A DNA stretch of 64,000 nt from Octopus sinensis. Lineage: Eukaryota. The stretch is taken from positions 56,234,001-56,298,000 of the forward strand of contig NC_042999.1 of the NCBI RefSeq assembly GCF_006345805.1. The letters run 5' to 3'. Below, one piece after another: positions 24,005-37,277 of the stretch; within the stretch, counting starts at the first letter, position 1; each line of letters begins with the position of its first letter. The translations under genes were made by a program, and so were the position numbers. Under the pieces are notes generated by a model that was given only the letters and a program-made list of their open reading frames with translations, was not told the origin of the DNA and made no database searches.

Positions 24005-24245
24005 TTTTTCTCTTGTTTCAGTCATTTGACTGTGGCCATGCTGGAGCACCGCCTTTAGTCGAACAAATCGACCCAGGGCTTATTCTTTGTAAACCTAGTA
24101 CTTATTCTATCGGTCGCTTATGCCGAACCGCTAAGTTACGGGGACGTAAACACACCAGCATTGGTTGTCAAGCGATGTTGGGGGGATAAACACAGACACG
24201 CAAACACACCAATACACACACACACACACACACACAACCACACAC

Positions 24246-24290
<45 letters not shown>

Positions 24291-24425
24291 GACGGGCTTC
24301 TTCCAGTTTCCGTCTACCAAATCCACTCACAAGAAGACTCTTGCCCAAAGTGCCACGCGGTGGGACTGAACCCGGAACCATGTGGTTGGTAAGCAGGCTA
24401 CTTACCATACAGCCACGCCTGCACC
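24005..24425 (-). mobile_element. SINE family A, full copy
   Basis: Homologous to 5265-5665. Confidence 0.88.
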
Positions 24426-24769
24426 TATGTGTGTTTGTGTGTGTGTGTGTGTGTTCGTGTTTGTCCTTACCGGTGTTGGTGTGTTTACATCACAGTAATC
24501 TAGCGGTCAGACAAGAGAGATTGCTAAAATAAGTACAGACTTTAATATATATATATATATACATACACATATATATATATATTGCCATGATAGATCGGTA
24601 GCCACTACCCACATATTTTTCTCTCCTTGTTTCTTTGTGTGTTCTTTCTGTGGAAGAGCGTAGTCTCGAAACAAGAAAAGGCTTTTTCAATTCCCGAGCG
24701 TTATACTAATACATCTGTTTGTTTTCTACACCACCTGTCTTCGTCTTTTGTTTTTTTTTCTTCGCGAAT

Positions 24770-24772
24770 TCT

Positions 24773-24811
<39 letters not shown>

Positions 24812-25193
24812 TGTAGTTGTGTGAGTGTCTGTCCCCTTCGATTTAGATTCCTAACTACTCCCACATTTTGCGGTGCAGTTTAACCAAAACCGGGTATCTT
24901 ATAGTCGTGATTCATATCGAGCCCTTCTGGGTATTAGCGCGCGTCTACGATGAGTCTACGATTTAAAAAAAAAATTACCATCATTTTTTTCCATTTTAAT
25001 GCATTTTTCGCTATTATATAAGGGAAGTAACTCTCTAAAAATGTCTACGATGAGTCAACGATTTAAAAAAAAATTACCATAATTTTTTTCCATTTTTAAT
25101 GCATATTTTTGCTATTTTTGGCTATAACTCTCTAAAAATGCTTATATAGTTATTTCCCTTACAAACCCGAGCAACGCCGGGCGATACTGCCAG
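24770..25193 (+). mobile_element. Non-autonomous Helitron (family 1) with internal ~100-bp duplication
   Basis: 5' TC then (TA)n; 3' hairpin CCCGAGCAACGCCGGG followed by CCAG|T (CTAG variant). Confidence 0.65.
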
Positions 25194-25658
25194 TATATAT
25201 ATGTATAATATATATATTATATATATATATATATAAGTACGATGGAGTGGGGGCGGAGCGTCTCAATGGACTAAAATTTCTTCAAGCGCGATGCCACTGC
25301 ATGGCCGCAGTCTGACGACTGAAATGCGTAAATGGTAAAAAGAAAGATATGCTGGACTAAACACATTTGACTGATTGTCTTCGTAGAATAAAACGGAAAA
25401 GAATCTCAGCCAATCCACACAAACGAGTATGGTTTGGTTAATTGTAGCAGACATTGGTTTGGTTGCTTCTAGGGCCTTGGAAGTTGCAGACATCGGTAGC
25501 CTTATTACAGCAGAATGTGAGAGAAGCAGGAAGGAAAACGAAGGCTATGACGGCAATCGGTTGGTATTCGTTTACGGTTGAGTAGACTGAGACTGGGAGA
25601 CCTGTGATTGATCTATTAGTCGCAGTATTATCCCTCATTGTCGGCCGGATAATAGCTG

Positions 25659-25739
<81 letters not shown>

Positions 25740-25984
25740 TATCTATCATATATCTATCTGTCTATCTGTCTGTCTGTCTGTCTGTCTCTGTTGTCTGTGT
25801 CTGTCTGTCTGTCTGTCGTCTGTCTGTCTGTTCATACATACATATATTTCTTTGTTGCCCCAAGGGTCTAAACACAGAGGGGACAAACAAAGGGATTAAG
25901 TCGATTACATCGACACCATCTATCTATCTATATCTATATATCTATCTATCTATCTATTCTATCTATCTATCTATATATCGTCTG

Positions 25985-26016
<32 letters not shown>

Positions 26017-26034
26017 GCTGTTCATACATACATA

Positions 26035-26266
26035 TATTTTCTTTACTACCACAAAGGGCTAAACACAGAGAGGACAAACAAGGACAGACAAACGGATTAA
26101 GTCGATTATATCGACCCCAGTGCGTAACTGGTACTTATTTAATCGACCCCGAGAGGATGAAAGGCAAAGTCGACCTCGGCGAAATTTGAACTCAGAACGT
26201 AACGGCAGACGAAATACGGCAACGCATTTTGCCGGGCGTGCTAACGTTTCTGCCAGCTCGCCACCT
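26035..26266 (-). mobile_element. SINE family B, full copy
   Basis: Reverse complement of 35601-35835. Confidence 0.88.
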
Positions 26267-27149
26267 TACATACATACATACATACATACATACACACACA
26301 TATATTTATGTACAAACACATCTTACAGATTTAATATTTATATTCAAATATAAACATTCAATATACATTTGTGTATGTGTGTGTGTGTGTGCGCGTGTGC
26401 TTGTGTATAGGGGTGCAAGGGTTGGTAGGGCGGTGTGTCAATGTTCCAGTCTTATTAAATCTCTTCAATGAAATAGGTAGATAGGTAGGTAGGTGAATGG
26501 GTAGGTTGGTAAGTGCTAGGTAGTTCGATGAAGAGATAAGTAAGCAGGTAGCTACACATAATAGGAAATAGGTAACAAAGCAGGTAGCTAGGTTAGCAGA
26601 AAGGTTGCTATGACAAATGAAAGGGAGAGTAAGAGAGAGAGAGAGAGGTGGGGAGAGAAACTGCTACAAAACAATTTCTAAACTTTGCTGTCGTCTGGTT
26701 GCAATATTTTCCAATCGTTAATCAATCACATTTAAAGCAGCAATAAAACACACGGAGAGAACAAGCTAGACACTAAACCATTGTGGGTTCTGTATGTCAC
26801 AGCGCAATAATACCACCTGCTGCATTACAAGAGAGCGGGAACTTGTCTGGTTTTGAGCTGTATGTCAGCTAATTTTACAGAGTATATATTTATATATATA
26901 TATATATATATATACAGGTACTTCAAGACAGCTCCTTATATGTTTCAGGTGAGGTCAACGACTGGGCAGACATAATAATTACCATTACAGACACACGTGA
27001 ATATCTCTATGCAAACGTGAATGAAGATCCGTTGTGAGAGGAAAGCGGCAGGAAGATATGCACTTTAGCATAAGACTGACACGTTGAGAAATCCACACAT
27101 GCACATAACACTGTCTTCTCTATCTCTCCCTCTCACTATTTCTCTCTAT

Positions 27150-27858
27150 ATTATGTGTGTGTATGCATGTGTATGTATGTGTGTGTGGTGTGTATATATT
27201 TAATGTATTATATATATATATATATATTATATATATATATGTATATATGTATATATATACATATATTATATATATATATATATATATATGCATATTATAT
27301 ATATACATATATATATATACATAAATATTAACATAATATATAATGTATATGTATATATATATACATAAATATATACATATATATTATTAATATATATATC
27401 TATATATATATATTATATATATATATATACATATAATATATATATGTATATAGATATATATACATATATTATATACATATATATAATACATATATCGATA
27501 TATTATATATATATATATTATATATATATATACAATATATATATATATACATATATATATATACATATAATATATATACATATAATATATAACATATTAT
27601 ATATATACATATATATATATACATATATATATCTATTATATATAATACATATATATATATATATATATACATACATATAGATATATATATATATATAATA
27701 TATATACATATATATATACATATATATATATACATATATGATATATACAGATATATTATATATATATATATATATAGATATACATATATATATATATATA
27801 TTATATATATATACATATATATTATATATACATATATATATATACTATATATATATAC

Positions 27859-27889
<31 letters not shown>

Positions 27890-27985
27890 ATATATATATT
27901 ATATATACATTATATATAATACATATCTATATAATATATATATATACATAATATATATATATATATATATAGATATAATATATAC

Positions 27986-28018
<33 letters not shown>

Positions 28019-28036
28019 CTATATATATATATATAA

Positions 28037-28110
<74 letters not shown>

Positions 28111-28132
28111 TATCATATTATATATATATCAT

Positions 28133-28177
<45 letters not shown>

Positions 28178-28195
28178 ATAGTATATATATAATAA
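27150..28195. repeat. About 1 kb degenerate (TA)n microsatellite
   Basis: Nearly pure TA/CA dinucleotides; the ORFs here are artefacts. Confidence 0.95.
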
Positions 28196-28260
28196 GTAAT
28201 GGTAAGACAGCAAAGAATTGAATGGGACCTCAATATGTAAAATCGATGCGAAAAATAATA

Positions 28261-28394
28261 TGTGACAATTATTCGGTTGCCATAATAAACTTCCGAGTTC
28301 CGGATATCTTAATAACTGACGAGATGCCGGAGCAGGTTTCCGCCCCGACATCCGAAACTCGGACTTTTATTATGGCAAACGAATAATTGTCACA
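28261..28394. mobile_element. 134-bp MITE with 45-bp TIRs and TA flanks
   Basis: TGTGACAATTATTCGGTTGCCATAATAAACTTCCGAGTTCCGGAT versus its reverse complement at 28350-28394 (4 mismatches); TA at 28259 and 28395. Confidence 0.8.
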
Positions 28395-28417
28395 TATTAT
28401 ATTACATATATATTATA

Positions 28418-28822
28418 GGCGCAGGAGTGGCTGTGTGGTAAGTAGCTTGCTTACCAACCACATGGTTCCGGGTTCAGTCCTACTGCGTGACAACTTAGGC
28501 AAGTGTCTTCTACTATAGCTTCGGGCCGACCAAAGCCTTGTGAGTGGATTTGGTAGACGGAAACTGAAAGAAGCCAGTCGTGTATATGTATATATATGTG
28601 AATGCGTGTGTATGTGTTGGTATGTCTGTGTTTGTCCCCCCAACATCGCTTGACAACCGATGCTGGTGTGTTTATGTCTCCGTAACCAGCGGTTCGGCAA
28701 AAGAGACCGATAGAATAAGTACTAGGCTTACAAAGAATAAGTCCTGGGGTCGATTTGTTCGACTAAAGGCGGTGCTCCAGCATGGTCGCAGTCAAATGAC
28801 TGAAACAAATAAAAGACTAAAA

Positions 28823-28826
<4 letters not shown>
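28418..28826 (+). mobile_element. SINE family A, best-preserved copy; further copies or fragments near 10870, 21517, 22850, 33190-33560, 33900-34560, 47290, 54560, 55340, 55830-56310
   Basis: Complete head, body and AAAAGA tail. Confidence 0.9.
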
Positions 28827-28872
<46 letters not shown>

Positions 28873-28929
28873 ATAAAGGGCTCCCATTTATATATATATA
28901 TCAGAAATACTAAATTTCTAAATACAAAC

Positions 28930-28974
<45 letters not shown>

Positions 28975-29726
28975 TATATATATATATAAGCCTAGCTGTA
29001 GGTAAACTGTTAAGAATGTAAACATGTTCCTATTCTTTTATTAAGCTGTAACATCTTAATATATGATGACTTTATATTGTGGATGAATATTTTCCATATC
29101 AGCGACCGGAGAAAGAAATCGAGTTCGTCTTCTCTGAGGAGTGGCCACAAATTGCGAAACAGTTTATCATGAGACTGTGTTGCAATGAAATAAACATTTT
29201 CGCCTCGATTTTAATAAACTTTACTCAGAATACATTTCGCTGCTATCATTGTTAAACTGTCGTATGTCCAAATTTGGCCAAATGCGTTTTTTTTCTACCT
29301 TTTTTTCAATATTTATTTTTGCTTGCAATAGCCGGTTCTTTTGGTCCAACTATCGTATTTCCTGCTGCTTCAGATGCCAAGATATCAAAAATTGTCAAAT
29401 GGTTTTTGCTATGAAATGGTGAAACTATTTTTTTGTTTTCTGAAAAAGCAACTTTTGGGACTTACGACATTTTTGCATAATAGCAACGATATATTCACTC
29501 ACACAATGGTTTCATGAATCAATGATTGCTACCGATTCGCTGATGTAATGTTAACTTATTTCTGTTCATGGATCTCGAATTTTATACACCATCCGGTTGA
29601 AAGGTAAAGCTTTTGGGACGATGTCTCCTGGAGCTAAATTACAGCAACTTTCGTCCTAAACCAGGACCGCCAAGTTATGTTGGTAAATAATCTTTACTCT
29701 AGCTTTTGAGCAATATTATATATAAA

Positions 29727-30089
29727 CTAGCACTATGACCCGGCAACGACGGGTCATAGTGCTAGTGCATGCATATACAGCTGCGTGCGCACATACACGC
29801 GAGTACTGTCCAAATCTCCGACCAATCACATACAGCTAGCTGGTATTCAATTGGCGTATCAAGTTTCGGGCATTTTGATTGGGTTTTGGATAGAAATTTC
29901 ACAAAAAAAGTCACTTCTATTGACTTTTTAATGGCTTTGCGGGGTGACTGGGGAAATGTAAAGATATGCAAGACCACCCTTGGACGGTTTTGAATGACCA
30001 TGGAAAGTGCGAGCTTTCTAACTGAAAAATTATGCATTTGTATAAAGGACACACACACAGACATTTTGCCGTTTATGTATATAGAGAGA
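29727..30089 (-). mobile_element. Non-autonomous Helitron (family 2)
   Basis: Minus strand: A|TC start, CTAG|T end, perfect 17-bp palindrome 29726-29766. Confidence 0.8.
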
Positions 30090-30554
30090 TTTCTTGTATC
30101 CATGCACTGTAAGCTGTGTATGTGTTGATCACTGGCTGAATAAACCGTTAGGCGAAACTCAAAGTCGCATTCAACTAAAATTTTACAATAAATTTAGCTC
30201 TGCTCTCAGTATTGAATCACAACCCACCATCATCTGGTATGTTCCGTTGTTATTCTTAAACTAGAATAAAAACAATAAATTCAATTTATCTTGCAACAAG
30301 CTATTATTTAGTAACTTTTATTCCGACAGCATTGCAAGCGATAACATGTTCACTCACCTATTGTTTACTTACCCAAGTATATATAAATCTCTCTCGAGTT
30401 TCTCATATACGAAGACAGTTTAACGCATTTTATTTTTAACATATTCTTGAGATTTTCCTTTCGTTTCTGCCAGACCACCACTAATGTTTTCGACCCACAC
30501 TGCTCTCCCCCTCCTTCCTCCTCTCTTCCTCTTTCTTCTTCTCACCATTTATTT

Positions 30555-30937
30555 CTCTATCTCAGCTCTACGTTGATTGCATTCTTGAGCATATTCAATA
30601 ACGCACAATTTAAAACCATCTTCATAATTTGATCGTTTGCCTTTACAGCCGTTGGTTTAGCCTCTACATACCCATACCGTTTTCTATCCAAATTACGAAG
30701 TTTCTCAACACTTCTGCCAACAAATCTGTGAAATTAGGCACGAGAAATCAAGGCTACAATGAACATAAAGTCATCTGTTGCTTTGTAATAAAATAAAAAT
30801 ATTCCATTAGTCGTCGAGTTTGTTTTATCGTTACGTTATCGATCCGTTTGTCTGTACACCACCGATATTCATATCAATTATGTAGGGACAGGACCAGCAC
30901 GCTCTACATAATCATATTGCCAGTGTGAGCGCATGTG

Positions 30938-30995
<58 letters not shown>

Positions 30996-31150
30996 GTATG
31001 TGTGTGCACGTGCAAGCAAGCGCGCATGTTAGAGAGTGCTGCGAATTTCAAGTACTAAACAGGGTTCAAAAGTTAGGTCGCAGGCTGTTTTTCGTGCCTT
31101 TTTTCCCCCCTTAAAACAAGAAATCGAGTTATTTACAATTAAGTACGGTA
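30555..31150 (-). mobile_element. Possible pogo-like transposon 5' relic
   Basis: Minus-strand NYEDGFKLCVIEYAQECNQRRAE resembles the Brinker-type DNA-binding domain of pogo transposases; TACCGTA-type end near 31148. Confidence 0.4.
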
Positions 31151-31623
31151 GATAACACACATAGTACAAATATTAATATTTATTAACACAAAAGTAGGAA
31201 ATGAAATACTATATGGTAGAATCCTTATAGCATAAATATTCCTTCTAATGTTGCCAAGTTTTCCGAAGCTTTGTAAATAAAAAGTTGCTTATACGCCGTA
31301 AATATCATAAAGCCTTTAATAAAAACACCATCAAGGTGAGCTACAGTTTAACCTAAAAAATCACTGTTTCCATAGTCAGTATAAACGGAACATTCAAAAC
31401 CCTTCCCCGCTTTGCTATAGCAACAACCCAAATAATTTTCCCTTTCAGCAATCGATGTCCGTGACAACAAAAAGTTACACATGGCTTACAGGAAATCTTT
31501 CTCAATAAAATTTTCGCACACACACACACACACACGCACACAAACGCACATATACAAAGAATCACACTCATTCACACATACATACATACTTAATATACAT
31601 ATATGAATGCCTGTTTGTTTGTA

Positions 31624-31732
<109 letters not shown>

Positions 31733-31952
31733 GTCAGTCAGTCAGTCAGTCAGTCAGTCAGTCAGTCAATCAATCAACTAATCAGGCATGAAATTTTTGG
31801 GGAGGAGACCAGTGGATTAGATCGACCCAAATACGCAATTGGTGCTTAATTTATTGCTCCCAAAAAATGAAAAGCAAAGTCGGTCTGCAAAACATTTCGC
31901 CCGGCGTGCTAACGTTTCTGCCAGCACGCCACATAAGGCAAAACGTACATTA

Positions 31953-32320
31953 CTAGCATTATGACCCGGCGTTGCCGGGTCATAGTGCTAAGGCATGCAT
32001 ATACAGCTGCGTGCGTGCACACATACACGCGAGTACTGTCCAAATCTCCGACCAATTACATACAGCTAGCTGACATTCAATTGGCGTATCAAGTTTCGGG
32101 CATTTTGATTGGGTTTTGGATAGAAAATTCACAAAAAAGTTACTTCTATTGATTTTTTAATGGCTTTGCGGGGTGACTGGGGAAATGTAAAGATGTGCAC
32201 GACCATCCTTGGACGGTTTTGAATGACCATAGAAAGTGCGAGCCCTCTAACTGAAAAATTGTGCATTTGTATAAAGGACACACACACAGACAGACATTTT
32301 GCCGTTTATATATATAGAGA
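31953..32320 (-). mobile_element. Non-autonomous Helitron (family 2), second copy
   Basis: Closely similar to 29727-30089 along its length, same TC and CTAG termini. Confidence 0.8.
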
Positions 32321-32324
32321 TTAA

Positions 32325-32860
32325 GGCGGCGAGCTGGCAGAAACGTTAGCACGATGGGCGAAATGCTTAGCGGTATATCGTCTGCCGTTACGTTCTGGGT
32401 TCAAATTCCGCCGAGGTCGACTTTGCCTCTTATCCTTTCGGGGTCGATAATTGAAGCGCCAGTTACGTACTGGGGTCGATGTAATCGACTTAATCCCTTT
32501 GTCTGTCTTTGTTTGTCCCCTCTGCGTTTAGCCCCTTGTGGGTAGTAAAGAAATATATATAGAGAAATATTAAAAGACAGGGTACAATATACATCAGTTT
32601 GCTAGAAAGCGGAGTTAAAATTCTTCGAAGCCACGCTGGCAGAAACGTTAGGACGCCGGGCGAAATGCGTAACCGTATTTCGTCCGCCGTTATGTTCTGA
32701 GTTCAAATCCCGCCGAGGTCGACTTTGCCTTTCATCCTTTCGGGGTCGATAAATTAAGTACCAGTTACGCACTGGGGTCGATGTAATCGACTTAATCCCT
32801 TTGTCTGTTCTTGTTTGTCCCCTCTATATGTAGCCCCTTGTGGGCAATAAAGAAATATAT
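32325..32860 (+). mobile_element. Two adjacent SINE family B copies (32325-32557, 32633-32860)
   Basis: Repeated GCTGGCAGAAACGTTAG...GTTCAAATYCCGCCGAGGTCGAC. Confidence 0.88.
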
Positions 32861-33097
32861 AGGTAAACACGTACGAAGAAGGTAATAAATATACAGAAAG
32901 TGAAATCAATTGATGCTGGAATATCTACTCTCCTTTTTGTACTTTTACAAATGGGGACGGCTGCGTTTTTTGAAATATATTTGCGACATTCTTCGTGCGT
33001 GCTAGTGAGAGATGCGTGGCTTTGGAAGGTTTCAAACCAACTTTCTAGCAAACAGATGCATATTGTGCCCCTGACTTTGACAACAACAACAACAACA

Positions 33098-33149
<52 letters not shown>

Positions 33150-33670
33150 ATAATAATTATATATAATATATATATATATATATATACGCAAGCATTGCTA
33201 TGTGGTAAGAAGTTCGAGGTTCAATCCCATTGCGTGTCACTTTAGACAAGGGTCTTCTACTAGGAGCCTTGTGCGCGCGCGAGTATGCGTGCGTATGTGT
33301 GTGTGTGTGTGTGTGTGTGTGTAAACGTATGTCTTGATGTCTCCGTAACTTAGCCGATAAAATAATTACCAGGCTGTAAAAAAAGGAAATACTAGTGTCG
33401 ATTCGTTCGACTAAAATTCTTGAAGGCGGTGCCCCAGCATGGCCGCAGTCTAATGAAAGAAACAAGAAAAAATACAATATAGTAGAGGACTATGCAGTGG
33501 GACTGAAACCGGAACCATTTGGTTGAGAAGCAAGCTTCTTACCACACAGCCACTCCTGCACTTGTATGTGTGCGTATGTATGTATGTATGTATGTATGTA
33601 TGTATGTATGTATGTATGTATGTATGTATGTATGTATGTATGTATGTATGTATGTATGTATGTATGTATG

Positions 33671-33701
<31 letters not shown>

Positions 33702-34142
33702 GGTGGCGTAAATGTGTGTGTTTAAATAATTCATTGAGACACTTAATAGGTTTGTTATCTTCAAAGCTTATAACTTTTAATAAGTCTGTAACCTAGATTC
33801 GATTAAAAAGTGAGCGCGGGTTTCTTGCTGCGGACCTATTGGACAATCCTGTCAGGCGGCATATAGAGGAAGCCATAATTAAGATGTTCGGGTAATTTCA
33901 TCTTTTATCTTTTTAATTGTTTCAGTCATTAGACTGCGGCCATGCTGGGGCATCGCATTGTAGAATTTTTAAGCGAGTGAATCGACCCCAGTACATATTC
34001 TGTCCACCCCATTTGCTCAACCGCTAAAGTTACAGGGACACAAACTCACCAACACAGAAACAAAGAACCCTCCCCCAACAATATATATATATAAAGATAG
34101 ATAGACAGACAGACAGATATATATATATATATATATACATAC

Positions 34143-34226
<84 letters not shown>

Positions 34227-34338
34227 GGTCCCGGGTTGAGTCGGGGTTAACCACAGTAAATAAGGTACTCAATACATGGCAGTCTATAAAATATATATAT
34301 ATATATATATATATATAAAGATAGATAGACAGACAGAC

Positions 34339-34404
<66 letters not shown>

Positions 34405-34944
34405 GACGGGCTTCTTTCAGTTTCCGTCTACCAAATCCACTCACAAGGCTCTGATCTGCCCGAGGCAGTAGTAGAAAGCAGTTGCCCAGGGTGTCACGCT
34501 GAGAGACTGAACCCAGAACCACGTGGTCGAGAATCAAGCTTCTTACCAGAAGGCCACCCCTTCTCCTATAAATACTGTTTCAGATTCTCTCCATCCAAAG
34601 TAAATGATTTAGTTGAGGAAACTGAGAGTGGAGTAAGTAAATGAGGGAAGTTATGTAACATTAACATATGACGTATGAATTTAATTATCGATATGAAATT
34701 GTCGCAGGCCGCTGCGTTCTGAAATAAAACGACAAACAGAACATGTGTCGTTCTCAGTGAGTTAATATTAATGAGATGCTGTAATTAGGTCAAAATTAAA
34801 ATAAGTTACAATTATGTCAGTATGCCACACCTACTTGTTCTCTCAATAATTACTTTATTACAACATTAGAACATTTTTTTCTGCTACATTTTATATTCCT
34901 GATGCCTTTTTGTAACGCGTGGCACTCCTTGCTGCAAATGCTGA

Positions 34945-35324
34945 TATTGCTGTTGCTGTTGAGCGAACGGTTTTTGTCCCAGAGCTCGCAAGATGGGAGA
35001 AGACCGAAACGTGGTCCTTTGCTATTCGTAAGACCCGCAGAAGAGAAAGCAGGTCAACCCCCGACACCGAGAGCATCGACGGATGGATGAGTGCGCATCC
35101 AGGCTCAGCGGTTGCGTAGGAAGTCGGGGACAAGAAACAGGAAGAAAGAGTGAGAGAAAGTTGGAGCGAAAGAGTACAACAGGGGTAGCAAACACCCCAA
35201 CTGCCGGAGCATCGTGGAGCTTTAGGTGTTTTCGCTCAATAAACACACACAACGCCCAGTCTGGGAATCGAAACCGCGATCCTCCGACCGCGAGTTCGCT
35301 GCCCTAACCATTGGGCCATTGCGC
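34945..35324 (-). mobile_element. SINE family F with ~19-bp target-site duplication
   Basis: CTCC(T)TGCTGCAAATGCTGA at 34925-34944 and 35325-35343. Confidence 0.88.
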
Positions 35325-35600
35325 CTCCTGCTGCAAATGCTGACGGGATGGATAGGTATAACAATTATTTCCACACCTTCCGGCAGTATTGCTGTCTCCA
35401 CGCTGCTTACCATCATCGATGTTATCAATGTAAGGTCGGGAGATTTAGACTCCTCATCGTCAGTCGCTTTCTCCACATCCTCTTATTCATGCAGCCACAA
35501 GCACCAAACGAGGGGCAGTTGCACAGCTACCCACCATCCCATGTAACAACTATTTTTTGTTGTTGGTGCTCTCTGAAGATATGTTCTTCAGGTTTTGGAA

Positions 35601-35835
35601 GGCGGCGAGCTGGTAGAATCGTTTGCACGCCGGCCTAAATGCTTAACGGTATTTCGTCTGTCGCTACGTTCTGAGTTCAAATTCCGCCGAGGCCGACTTT
35701 GCTTTTCATCCTTTCGGGGTCGATTAAATAAGTACCAGTTACGCACTGGGGTCGATATAATCGACTTAATCCATTTGTCTGTCCTTGTTTGTCCTCTCTG
35801 TGTTTAGCCCCTTGTGGGTAGTAAAAAAATAGGTT
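35601..35835 (+). mobile_element. SINE family B, full copy
   Basis: GGCGGCGAGCTGG head to GTAGTAAA tail. Confidence 0.88.
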
Positions 35836-36009
35836 TTGGTTTGGTCGCTTTTAGTCCTTCCCTAATACACCTCAATCATAGCTTTGCTATATCCAAGAAC
35901 TCTTTCTGCAATTTACCAATTACGATTCTGCTGTCATTCCTAAGTCCACTTTTGGCGTGTGATCTGACAACATGTAAATCTTCCCCAGAAGAATCTACTT
36001 AGTAACTTT

Positions 36010-36506
36010 ATCAAGCTTTGTGTATCAACGCTGGTGCACTTAAACAGCTGAATACCGCATACAGTCATTGAACGATGACGGGAATAACATAAGAGAGACC
36101 TGTCTCTCGTGTCAGCTCTGCGGCTGAAGAGGAGATAACCACTTTGAAATGTATGCATCCCGCATTTTGGTTATGTGTCGCTGTGAGCTGACTCGGTGTA
36201 TTTACTTCACTACAGATTTCACTTCTTTGCCCCATGAAAGAAAGTTTGAGAGGCAAACATTATTCCAGTGACGTGGAAGTGAAAACTGTAGTGAAGAAGT
36301 GGCTCAAAGAACAGTCAACAGAATTTTACAGGTCAGGGCTACATGCTCTCATTCGAAGGTTGCTATTGAGAGAAACGGTGACTATGTTGAGGAGTGGGGA
36401 TCTGATCCACAGAGGACCAGCTTCATTTTGATGCATGATACATGTTCCTGTGTTGGTAATTACACCTCTCCTAAACAAAATGGCATTACTTTTTGACTCA
36501 CCCTTG
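36010..36506 (+). mobile_element. Internally deleted mariner relic
   Basis: MKESLRGKHYSSDVEVKTVVKKWLKEQSTEFY C-terminal motif; right TIR ...ATTACTTTTTGACTCACCCTTG|TA. Confidence 0.75.
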
Positions 36507-36882
36507 TATTCTATATTTAATCCTGTAGCGTCACTGGATCTGATTTTGTTTCAATAAACCACGATACACATTGTGTCTTTTCTTGAACAATAGCCATTGT
36601 TAAGGGTTTCACTTAACAGACCCTTTCCCATCAACACGTTACCTAAAACAACACAAATGCAAGATAGTTAAAAAATTTTGATTAGCACTGAGTACATAGA
36701 GCCAGTCTGATAACAAACCATATTCCCATCAATTATCTTTGTAATAAACTTTTGAAATCGTATAAGAAAATTTATAGACACCCTGTATATATACATACAT
36801 TTATCGGCCATACAACGGCACATGTGCTTTTCTCCGGACTTTCTGCTTCTTCCTCCTGTTTCTCCTCCCTGGACTTTTCTTC

Positions 36883-36915
36883 TTTCTGTCGAAGAGCCAT
36901 GCTCGAAACGTCATT
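36883..36915 (+). ncRNA. Hammerhead-like motif, family 2 (variant core CUGUCGA)
   Basis: CUGUCGA A GAGC cau GCUC GAAAC GUC; stem I weak. Confidence 0.4.
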
Positions 36916-37059
36916 TCATCTCCTATTTTCCCGTCTAGAACTTTAACTGAGCGTCTATCAAATATATATTCTCTGTGTGTACGTCTAATTGACTTTCGTT
37001 TTTTCCCCGGTAATTTTTTTATAGTTTATTTCTCTTTCTTTCTTTGTGTGTGTGTATAT

Positions 37060-37149
<90 letters not shown>

Positions 37150-37237
37150 TTCGAGACAAAACCACTATTTTGCAAAACAAACAAGGAAAGACTTAATCAA
37201 TACATAAAAATTTTTAATATAAAGAAATAAACCGCCA

Positions 37238-37277
37238 CTACAATCGTTTCATGTCTTCAATGACATTCGTCAGGTAG
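37238..37277 (-). ncRNA. Minimal type I hammerhead motif, family 3 (left arm)
   Basis: CUAC CUGACGA AUGUC auugaa GACAU GAAA cg AUU GUAG: perfect 4-bp stem I and 5-bp stem II. Confidence 0.68.

Noticed and set aside
26940-27040. Possible exon after TTTCAG (GEVNDWADIIITITDTREYLYANVNEDPL)
   Set aside because: Short, no recognisable homology and no partner exons identified
28314-28362. CUGACGA...GAAAC hammerhead-like string inside the MITE
   Set aside because: The GAAAC belongs to the TIR, there is no properly placed NUH triplet and no stem I; likely chance
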